From Squalus acanthias (taxonomy: Eukaryota): a DNA stretch of 64,000 bases. The notes beneath the pieces are model-generated. The model was not told the origin of the DNA. It did no database searches and saw only the letters and a program-made list of their open reading frames with translations. The DNA is taken from positions 372,001-436,000 of the forward strand of contig JASTWF010000035.1 of NCBI GenBank assembly GCA_030390025.1, in the 5' to 3' direction. The position numbers were made by a program, and so were the translations under genes. Shown piece by piece: positions 36,868-46,830 of the stretch (positions within the stretch are counted from its first letter, which is position 1; the number at the start of each line of letters is the position of its first letter).

Positions 36868-37262
36868 GTCCCTCCTGTTGATGCGAATAACTCCGCTTAT
36901 CGTATCAATTAAAAGTGGTGGTGAGCAAAATTATCCCGATTCTCCACATCCAAACACTCCCTTAACTTAAACTATCTATGGTCTCCATGCCGTCCTCATT
37001 TCCCAGGGAAATTACATTGTTTAAACTTGGACAAACCGTAGGCAGCATTGCCTTTAAACTTACATTGCGAATACGCCTTCCAGGTGCAACAGGCCGATGC
37101 CTCTCGCACCACCTGTATGTGCATGTTTTTATTATACAAGGAAAAATAATCAAAACAACTCTTTTAAAATACAAAGGTTCTAAACTTAGTTACACATCTA
37201 CATAACTAAACAATCAATTACAAAACACACATGGTAAAATGGAGCGGCGTCATCCTGGCCGT

Positions 37263-39614
37263 TTACACGGTACTTTTCTCATTCACGCGCACGTAACGTT
37301 CTCTCCACTCCCCTGTGTTCTCCTGCTTTGTGAGGCGTTTGCCTCTCTTGCAGTGTACGACCAATAGGTACACTACAATTATAACTTGGCACACAACCGA
37401 AATGTGGGAGGCTATCCTGATCCATGACGGAACTTCAATATTGGTGAACAGGTCCCACCACGGTGGGATTACTATGTCCAAAATTTCTGTCCCTATTTCG
37501 ACAGTCTTTTGTTCCAGGGTGTAAAAATGTTTTTGTGATACCGCGACGGCTTTCAAAAGCTTGGTGAGGTGTTCAGGGAGAGGGGGAATGATGTATCCGA
37601 AATGCGTGTCGAATCGCTGCAAGTCGGTGAAATTCTCTTTTACTGTAAGATGAACAGTGGATGGTTCAGGGATCGGGACAATTCGCTGTTGTGCCACTTG
37701 AACTTCAGCCCTGGGTTTAAAACAGAAACTGCTGTCACTCACCGGACACCGGCTGTGCTGTCCATGCTGGTAGTGTTGCGCTGCAGTGGTAACGCAATAT
37801 GTTCCACCCCCTATGTATGCCACCTGCGGAGGCACATGATCTTGTGTCATTGCCTCCATGGTGCAATTCATGGGCTTGGCGCCAGCCGTTCTGAACCCGC
37901 ATTGTGGTGTTGAAAAGGCATTCAAGTGCTGGGGACACAGGATGATGTGTGCTCCCCGGCCACGACAACCCGAAAGGTCGGTACCTGTCATCGTTTGCTC
38001 CCAGCGGATGACGTAAGGTGGGACCGCTGCGTAGCGAATGTGGGCTCTCCCCTGAATGACACCAATGTTCTCCACCCGATACACCGGGGCGGGCTTTGCT
38101 GTGTCGCCCAAGACCGGCATATGTAGTACTATACCCATGATGGTATGGTTTGACCGTCCGCAGTCCACGGGGACTGGGTATGCCTCTGAGGCTAGCCTGA
38201 GCTGGCACGGGCTTAATGCGTTCTGAAAAGGGTGGAGCGCCTGCAGGTGTTTGTTACTTATCCAGGACGGGACCAAACCTTGTTTTAAATCCTCCAAATT
38301 ACTGCGGCCCTCGCCCAGTAACCACGCCCCGTATAGTACGCACACCTCGTTCTGCGCAGCTTGATCGGATGCGTTCCGATCTTCCCTGATCAGGGCATTT
38401 ACCGTTCTCGCATGCTTCTCCAGCTCTGCTATAATCTCCTTTAAGTGTAGTGTCATGGCCTGGTCCTCATGTAACTCAGACCCTACTGCCTTGTTTTCGC
38501 TTGTGATGATGCTTTTTAATTGTGTTTTTAAACCATTGATCTGGGTCTGCAGCTCCACGTTGTCTAGAGCGTTGACCACAGATGTTCCTGTATTAAAGGC
38601 AGTGAACATGTCGTTCACAATACCCCTTCTTTGTCTCCCCACCTGACCCAAAACTTCGTGTGGTGTGGTGTACAAGCTTGTTTTGTCAATCTCCGCAAAA
38701 TCAAACTCGTAGAATTGTCTGAACATGTTTGTCAACAGGACCTGGTACAATTGTTCCGTTTCTTTGGGACACCACTCTGGTAAACGCACCTCGGTGAGAT
38801 TTAGAATCACCGAAGCCACCGTGTAATGTACCCCTTGAAATAGTATCTGGTCTGTTGGGACCAGTACCAAACCATTCCCGGGCCCCTTAGTGGTTTTAGG
38901 GCACCCTTCCTCCTGAGCCAAAACCACCGGAATCGTGGGCGGAGCCTTGCGTGGGCGCGTGATGAGTTCAGTGGCGTTTACCGGGATCGGGGAGAATGGA
39001 GCTCCGCACCCCTTTGTGCTGACATCCCACCTCATCCCTTTCCCGTTATCCTGCCACTGGTGTACGAAAAATATGGATATACCCTTGGGGCAAACGTACT
39101 TCGATCCCCACATACAAACATATATTCCCTCATCCAGTTCCCACCATTTGTCCCAACAGACTTTCAATTGTCCGTTAGTCCACGTAATTGTCCGATGGGT
39201 ATTGTTACCCAATCGCTCCCACTCGACCGAGGAATTTCTCATAGTCTTGATTAACTTCCGTAACCACCACCATCGGCTCAACGGGACCTTCCCATTGCAT
39301 GTCAAACAAATCCTTTTGCCGACGGTGACGCTGATTCTGGGTGCAATGATCCTCACTCTGGGGCACAGTAAAGAAGTCTCTTTGTAGGCAAATCCGGATG
39401 CGCTGGAGTATTCCGTTGAATTCGTTCCCAGCCATCCCGGCCACCTTCCCTTGTGGAAATAAGTGGCGGTTTCCTCAGCCTTTCGCTCCCCGGTCCCATC
39501 CGTCATGATGGGGCCCGTGTCCCCGGAGCAACCAAACACAACGACATCCTTGGTGAGGCCCCGATAGGCCAATCCATATCCGATCGTTGCGAGCACTATC
39601 AGAATCCGTTCCAT
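37263..39614 (-). CDS. env: Intact envelope/fusion glycoprotein of a retrovirus-like element (class I fusogen, F-protein/lokiretrovirus-like, with N-terminal Ig-like domain)
   Basis: 783-aa ORF downstream of integrase; N-terminal signal peptide; furin site RQRR (aa 327-330); fusion-peptide-like GIVNDMFTAFNTGTSVVNAL; heptad region; Cys-rich region; C-terminal TM helix with short tail; several NxS/T sites. Confidence 0.85.
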   Translation of the reverse strand: MERILIVLATIGYGLAYRGLTKDVVVFGCSGDTGPIMTDGTGERKAEETATYFHKGRWPGWLGTNSTEYSSASGFAYKETSLLCPRVRIIAPRISVTVGKRICLTCNGKVPLSRWWWLRKLIKTMRNSSVEWERLGNNTHRTITWTNGQLKVCWDKWWELDEGIYVCMWGSKYVCPKGISIFFVHQWQDNGKGMRWDVSTKGCGAPFSPIPVNATELITRPRKAPPTIPVVLAQEEGCPKTTKGPGNGLVLVPTDQILFQGVHYTVASVILNLTEVRLPEWCPKETEQLYQVLLTNMFRQFYEFDFAEIDKTSLYTTPHEVLGQVGRQRRGIVNDMFTAFNTGTSVVNALDNVELQTQINGLKTQLKSIITSENKAVGSELHEDQAMTLHLKEIIAELEKHARTVNALIREDRNASDQAAQNEVCVLYGAWLLGEGRSNLEDLKQGLVPSWISNKHLQALHPFQNALSPCQLRLASEAYPVPVDCGRSNHTIMGIVLHMPVLGDTAKPAPVYRVENIGVIQGRAHIRYAAVPPYVIRWEQTMTGTDLSGCRGRGAHIILCPQHLNAFSTPQCGFRTAGAKPMNCTMEAMTQDHVPPQVAYIGGGTYCVTTAAQHYQHGQHSRCPVSDSSFCFKPRAEVQVAQQRIVPIPEPSTVHLTVKENFTDLQRFDTHFGYIIPPLPEHLTKLLKAVAVSQKHFYTLEQKTVEIGTEILDIVIPPWWDLFTNIEVPSWIRIASHISVVCQVIIVVYLLVVHCKRGKRLTKQENTGEWRERYVRVNEKSTV

Positions 39615-39882
39615 CTTTCCTGGTTCCTGTGATCAGATAAAATGATGTAGCCAGCCTCCCAAGAGTCTCTGGCTTTTGTGAAGGGTGAGCGGGTCCCTTG
39701 ACCTCGTCTCACATATAACGACATGTATGCTGGATAGACTTTAACTATTCCTATCTCTAACTCCCATCATTTATCTTTTACTTTTAAAATTAAACTACAA
39801 ACTTACCAAACTTACAAAACTTAAACTTAAACTTATCCTAAACTTAAACTGTACAGCGCCGCCCGTTCCCAGGGCGGCCTAC

Positions 39883-42800
39883 CTAAATTCTGCGAAGGCT
39901 GCCCCGAGCTTTTCCCAGTGGTGGGAGGGCACTGACCCCTTCCTTTGATCTGCCGCAGCCTGTCGCCGCTGCGCTGGGACTGGGATCTCCCTGGGCTGCC
40001 TTGACCTTGAACTTACGCCTGGGGGTGCACGGGGGATTCGGCCACGACTTCCTGGGCTGGGGTGTCCGACCTGACCTACGGAGGGCTACTTTGGGCAAGA
40101 TTTCCAGGGCCGACGGACCAGGAACCAAGACTTCCACCGTCGCGGCCTGTGGTTCCACCACAGCCGCTGGCTCCGTCTCCCCTGGCTCCGCCCCCCTGAA
40201 CTCGGGATTTGCAGTTTCTGGCTCCACCCTACTTGGCCCAGTATGTGGTCCTCCACTCGCAATCCCTACCTTCCCCAAGGGCAAGACTTCCAGGGCCGAC
40301 GGACCGGGTACCGAGACTTCCACCGTCATGGCCGGTGGTCCTACCACAGCCGCTGGCTCCGTCTCCCCTAGCTCCGCCTCCCTGGGCTCGGGATCTGCAG
40401 TTTCCGATTCCACCCTGTGTGGATCTCCACTCGCAGCCCCTATCTCCCCTGAGCTTGAGTCGAGGACGAAACTTTCGTCCTCCGACCCCAGCACCTCTCC
40501 GATCGGGTCACTACCTTGGTCAAGCTCCTCGAGCTCTTCCTCACCTGAATCCCAACACCAAGAAAAGATCCTACACTTTTCTAGAATGTCCTCTCCCCTC
40601 AAGCAGGCTGCTTTACCGGTCTGTGTGCCCTGTGGTCCTACCCGGGGCTGCGAGTCCCCACTCGCAGGTCTGGCCCCTGTGATTGGCCCCTGTGCTCCCG
40701 GCTTATACAACTTGCACTGGTTAATGTGGAACCATTTCGTGCGCCGAGGTACCTTTACAGGCGTACACCATGGGACTCGCTTTATCTACAATACTGTAGG
40801 GTCCCATATACAGTGGTTCCAAACTCCCTACTCTGGCATAGTTCCTAACCATGACCTGATCTCCGACTTCCCACTCCTGCTTCTTACGGGGTTCCAGCAA
40901 CAGGCGATTGCCCTGATGCTGTCTTCCCATGTTCCCAGCTGCCTGCTCATAAACCTGCTTCAGGCGTTCCAAGAGGGTCTGGACAAACTTGTCCCGTTTC
41001 ACCTCTTGGAGCTGTACCTCAGTGAGCACCGGGGCTAGGACATGGGTGGGGGTTCGCATGATCCTACCAGTCATCACCTCGTACGGGGAATACCCCGTAC
41101 TCTTCGACTGGCTGGCCCGGATTCCCATGAGGACGAGAGGCAGAACCTCCGCCCATTTTTGGGGCGAGTTCATAGTCTCTTTCCTCAGCTTCTCCTTGAG
41201 GGTCCGGTTCATGCGTTCAACAATCCCGGATGACTGGGGATTGTGCGCTACGTGCCACTTCCCTTCAATGCCCAAAAGCATGAGGGTGTTCTGCATCACC
41301 TGGCCGGTGAAATGACTCCCTTGGTCTGACTCCACGAAACGGGGGAGACCCCACCGCGAGAACACTTCCCGGACCAAGATCTTGGCAGTACCCAGCGCCG
41401 TAGCTGTTCTACAGGGGAAGGCTTCTACCCATTTGGAAAACACATCCACCAAGACGAGGCAGTATTTGTAGCCTCCCTGGGTGGTGGGCAGGGGCCCTAT
41501 GCAATCGATCTGTATCGACTGTCATGGTCCCTCCACCCTCCTGATGTGCCCCATGTGCACTTTCCTTTTCTGGGGGTCTGGGTTGTTTGCAGCGCACACA
41601 AGACAGTTTGCACAGAACTCGCGGACCTGCTCCCTGAGTCTTGGCCACCATCCCGCCTGCTCTACCCGTTGCCAGGTAACCTCCGGCCCGGGGTGTCCTG
41701 CCCCCGGCCCCTCATGAGCCAACTGGAGGAATTCCCTCCTGTGCTGCTGCGGCACAACCCACTGTTCTTTGCGGAACAGCATGCCTTCTTTAACGGAAAG
41801 GGTTGCCGTACTGTACGGGCCCTCTACCTGCTTACCCTCAGTAATCGTTCTGAGAACTGCTTTTAGGGCGGGATCCTGGTTCTGGACGGTCTTAAGGTCT
41901 AGGGGCAGTGCTACCCTGGTGTTCCCGGGATTCCCTTCCCTGCCTTGGATCGCTGCCACGGGTCCGGGTCCATAGGGGTCCCAGAAAATGCCGTTACGGG
42001 CACCCTCCCTGGCTAGCGCATCCGCCTGCTGGTTGCCCTCCCCGCGGGGCTCTGTGGAGGAGTGAGCCTTCACCTTATGGATGAAAATCTCCCCTTCCTC
42101 CCCTACTGCTGCTAGGATCTTTTCCAGCAAGGGCTTCACCGTTAAAGGTCGCCCGTCCGCGGAGGTGTATCCGCGGCGGGACCAAATGGCCAGGTATTCC
42201 GTACACGAATTGCACGTAAACATACTGTCCGAACAAATCGTGTATGGGGTTGGGAAAATTTCTGGGTGGGTAACGACGTACGCCACCGCAGACAGCTCAG
42301 CCTGCTGCGCGCTCATGGTGCTGGGGAGTTTAATCGCCAGGGCAAGGTTTGCCGCAGGGTCATAAACTCCACACCCTGTGAGTCGTTCGCCAGCGGACAT
42401 TGTGCTGGAACCATCAACATAAATCTCGCGACCTGTGGGATGTATCCCGGCCCGTAAACCTATGTTGACCTCCCACACCCCTTCCACCGAACACCGGTGG
42501 GCTGTTCCGGGGTATACCAAGTTGGCCGCAAGCCTGGGCTCGCAAAGACCTTTAACTCTCAGATCCATCTGGGAAAGGAGAAGGGTCCAGCGCGCAATTC
42601 GAGCGCTGCTTACGGTCCCATCCTTAATCCTCCCATCTAGAAGCATCTTAGTTGGTGTGTGATGGGTGAGGAGAGTGATGGGAGAGAGCCCTGTGAAGAT
42701 CGCTGATCTTTTCATAGCCCAATGCGTGGCTAAAAGATGCCTTTCGCAATTGGAGAAACTCCTCTCCACATCCGTTAACACCCTGGACGAATAGACAACC

Positions 42801-43005
42801 GGCCTCAGCTTGCCGTGACGCTCTTGGAGCAGCACAGCGCTCAAGCTGTCTCCGCTGGCAGCTACCTCCAGGAAAAACTCCTTCCCCCCATCTATGGCCC
42901 CTAAAGCTGGCGCGGTCTGTAAATCCCTTTTTAACTTCTCGAATGCAGCCTGGCAACCCTCGTCCCAAAACCACTCCACTCCCTTATGGAGGAGTCGGAG
43001 CAGCG
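39883..43005 (-). pseudogene. pol: 3' half of a retrovirus-like pol: RT thumb, degenerate RNase H tether, RNase HI, integrase, long C-terminal extension
   Basis: WDEGCQAAFEKLK...EVAAS (tether); YVDGS...AQQAEL...SDS...KVKAH...GNQQADALA (RNase HI); HHCC zinc finger; D-D-E core (QID, SDQGSHF, GIVERMN); GPY motif. Premature TGA at 41522-41524 (GP*QSIQID) and a frameshift near 40760. Confidence 0.88.
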
Positions 43006-44727
43006 GTGTCTCTCCTCTATAGATGTCCATCTCTCCTCCATAGCAGACAATCTATTTTGAAGAGTCACCATGTTTTCGTTAGTCTGACGATTTATGTCCT
43101 CCATGGCGGTTGCCACCCTCTCCATGGCGGAACGTTCATGCACCATTGCCTCCACAAAGGCAGTGCTCATGTTACAGATGGACTCCTCCATTCTCAGTAA
43201 CCCTGGAGACAAAACCTGTCAGAGACTCCTGCACTTGTTCCTGGAGTTCCAGCTCTCTTTCTGGATGGCCCCAGAGGCACAGGGTCGACATGCAGCTGAG
43301 CAGAGCTGGGAGCACCCTACGGCCTCCGACGAGGACTCTCCACTGCTGTCCTGTCTCCACCACCTGCTGATGCTCACTTGTGTGTTGGGATACACCAGGT
43401 GACAACACTACTCTATCTCGCGAAGGACCCACTGAGGTGTGCGTCTCTGCGCTAGTGCTGGGTGCGCTCAATCCTGCTGATGCTGCGCCCTCAGAGGTTG
43501 CAGCTTCCTCTGAGGAGTCTTCTGGCTCTTTCTCCTGGACAGTGGGGAGGGGAGCTCTCAATGGTCCTGTGGGGGAGTAAAGGCATGAGGTAGACATGTG
43601 ATATTAACGTAGCAGGCACATCGACTTGTGCAGATGATCATAACTCAATCTGTATGAACATCAGATGCCATATCAGTCACTGATGCAATGTAAATGAGAG
43701 GGCTGCAAATTTATTCTGTCACCAGCTTGCTCTACTGCGCCCGTCTGACCGTCCCCCACTTCCAGATCCTCAGCACCTCCTACGATGTCGAGAGCAGCTT
43801 CCTCAGCGGTGATCAGCTGGGCAATGGAAGGTGGCCCTCCTCCTGTCCTGGCCCTCTTCCTCTTATTGTGGGCTCTCTATTCCTGCAATGAGGGACACAA
43901 GTGGAGTTTGAGTGAGAATGTTGGAGTGAGTGTAGAGAATCCATAGCATAGATGCTTAGAGGGAGACAAAGATGGAGTGAGGTGCCAATACCAAGGCCCA
44001 TCCCTGTGCGTTGTTAGTTGTCATTGCATAACTGTGATAGCGAGTGTGAGGGGTGCATAGTAGAATGGTGAAGTGATTGTGTACATAGAGAGCGAGGGAT
44101 GGTTAAGGGTGCAAGGGATGTAAGGGTAAAGTGGGATGTGCAGGAGTAGGTTGACAATGCAGAGTGCTGGTGATGAGAGGAGATGGGGAGCAGATTGAGG
44201 GTAAGTGTGATGTTATACTCACTGTTCCTGAGCGTACCAGGTCATTGAACCTTTTCCTGCACTGCACCCAGGTTCGAGCACACAACGGTCTGGAGCTGAC
44301 CTCCTCAGCAATTTGCAGCCAGGCTGCTTTGCTGTGGAGGCTTCCTCCGTCCAGAGGATGGGAATATTACCTCCTTGTGCCCTCTCACTCCCTCCACAAG
44401 AGCATGGAGGGAGTCATCATCAAATCAGGGAGAGGCTTGGCTCTTGTAGCAGTCATTTTCACAAGTGGTACAACGAGAAGCAGCAGGAAAGGATGGATGA
44501 GAAACAATGCTGCATGGGCCCCTTAAATACAGCTGGCTGACAGACGTCAGCAGAGGCGAGCAGCAGACCCGAACCCACTGATTGGGCCCAGTACCGCGCA
44601 CGGAGACCTTAATCAGGCCACTTAAGGGAAAATCTTAATTCCTGGGCGGCTGAAAGCGGCAGCGGGACCGGAACCCGCCGAACATCAAAGCCGCCTCCAA
44701 CCCGCCTCCATTGATAAAATCGCAGCC
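43006..44727 (-). mobile_element. Decayed Harbinger-like element with a Myb/SANT-like ORF (related fragment at 56520-56880, + strand)
   Basis: WLQIAEEVSS...RTWVQCRKRFNDLVRSG Myb/SANT-like motif; the 56550 ORF reads AAPRFND...WLEVAEEVSSRS...RKLFNDL; terminal sequence at ~44716-44727. Confidence 0.65.
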
Positions 44728-45580
44728 AAAGAGTCTGCAAAGGGATATAGATAGGTTAAGTGAGTGGGCAAAAAATTGGCAGATGGAGTATAATGTGGGA
44801 AAATGTGAGGTTATCCACTTTGGTAGGAAAAATAAAAAAGCAAAATATTATTTAAATGGAGAGAAACTACAGAATGCTGCGGTACAGAGGGATCTGGGTG
44901 TCCTCGTACATGAAACACAAAAGGTTAACATGCAGGTACAGCAAGTAATTAGGAAGGCAAATGGAATGTTGGCCTTTATTTCAAGGCGGATAGAGTATAA
45001 AAGTAGGGAAGTCCTGCTACAACTGTTTTGGGTGCTGGTGAGACCACACATGGAGTACTGCGTGCAGTTTTGGTCGTCTCATTTAAGGAGGGATATACTT
45101 GCATTGGAGGCAGTTCAGAGAAGGTTCACTAGATTGATTCCTGAGATGAAGGGTTTGTCTTATGAAGAAAGGTTGAGCAGGTTGGGCCTATACTCATTGG
45201 AGTTTAGAAGAATGAGAGGTGACCTTATTGTAACATATAAGATACTGAGGGGGCTTGACAAGTTCGATGCAGAGAGGATGTTTCCCCTCGTGGGGAAATC
45301 TAGAACTAGGGGGCATAGTTTCAGAATAAGGGGTCGTCCATTTAAGACGGAGATGAAGAGGAATTTCTTCTCTCAGAGGGTCGTGAATCTTTGGAATTCT
45401 CTACCCCAGAGAGCTGTGGAGGCGGAGTCATTGAATATATTCAAGGCGCAGATAGACAGATTTTTGAAAAACAGGGGAATCAAGGGTTATGGGGAGCGGG
45501 CGGGAAAGTGGAGTTGAGGCCAAGATCAGATCAGCCATGATCTTATTGAATGGCGGGGCAGGCTCGAGGGGCCGAATAGT
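44728..45580 (+). mobile_element. CR1 3' fragment, same subfamily as 4206-5007
   Basis: ORF 44711-45517 is highly similar to ORF 4219-4995. Confidence 0.88.
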
Positions 45581-45859
45581 ATAGATGCATTTAAGGGGAG
45601 GCTAGATAAACATATGAGGGAGAAGGGAATAGAGGGTTATGCTGATAGATTTAGATGAGGAAAGACGGGAGGAGGCTCGAGTGGAGCACAAACGCTGGTA
45701 TGGACTGGTTGGGCCAAATGGCCTGTTTCTGTGCCGTATATCCGATGTAATCCTGCGTAACTATTTATGTGTTTATAACATTTTTTGAAATCAGGAGTTG
45801 TGTTTGGAAATCAGCCTCCTGCTGGAATCGTGACTAAAGTGTCTTCTGGGCTCCGGCAG

Positions 45860-45969
45860 GTGTGACGGTGAATGCTGTTCACCCGGGACTGGTGATGACG
45901 GAGATAATGAGGAATCAAAGATTGTACTTGCGAGTCATCTTGAATCTGATCGGAACCTTTTTCTTCAAG
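45860..45969 (+). CDS. SDR copy 1, exon 5
   Basis: Acceptor ggcag|; GVTVNAVHPGLVMTEI...FFK; donor AAG|gtcagt, phase 0. Confidence 0.9.
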
Positions 45970-46249
45970 GTCAGTGCCCAAGAGAAGCATCAGTCACACG
46001 CCCGCCTCCACTGGCACTCGATGCCAAGGGCAACACTGAATGATTCACTGTGTGTCCGTGGAGTCTAATAACGAGGTCATTAAACCCTGTCCCAATCAAT
46101 GAGTCGGTCATTAAACCCTGTCCCAATCAATGAGTCGGTATTTAAATCTCTTGCTACAATAATTCTACTCCTCTCGCAAACCTGTCTACAGATTTACTTT
46201 TGCATTTCCCTCCCAGAATGAGGGGTGGGTAATATAAACCCACCATAGC

Positions 46250-46805
46250 AACATAGGAACAGGTGGAGGCCATTCAGCCCCTCGAGCTTGTTCCGCCATT
46301 CAATCAGATCATGGCTGATCTGTGACCTAACTCCATATACCCTTTGCCCCATATCCCTGAATACCTTTGGTTAACAAAAAGCTATCAATCTCAGATTTAA
46401 AATTAACAATTGATCTAGCATCAATTGCCGTTTGCGGAAGAGAGTTCCAAACTTCTACCACCCTTTGTGTGTAGAAGTGTTTCCTAATTTCACTCCTGAA
46501 AGGTCTGGCTCTAATTTTTAGACTATACCCCCTAGTCCTAGAATCCCCAACCAGTGGAAATAGTTTCTCTCTATCTACCCTAACAGTTCCCCTTAATATC
46601 CTGAAAACTTCGATCAGATCACCCCTTAACCTTCTAAATTCCAGGGAATACAAGCCTAGTTGTGTAATCGCTCCTCGTAACTTAACCCTTGAAGACCGGT
46701 ATCATTCTGGTAAACCTACACTGCACTCCCTCCAAGACCAGTCTATCCTTCCTAAGGTGTGGTGCCCAAAACTGCTCAGTACTCCAGGTGTGGTCTAACC
46801 AGGGC
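46250..46805 (-). mobile_element. CR1 3' fragment (related copies at ~51130-51375 and ~55865-56520)
   Basis: ORF 46327-46653 is a CR1 C-terminus; CR1 3' UTR. Confidence 0.82.
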
Positions 46806-46830
46806 TTCGTCTGGGTCCATTTTCCGTTCC

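Noticed and set aside
43006..43030. ATG at 43030 as the true pol start
   Set aside because: It lies in the adjacent Harbinger-like sequence; pol similarity starts at about PLLRLLHKG.
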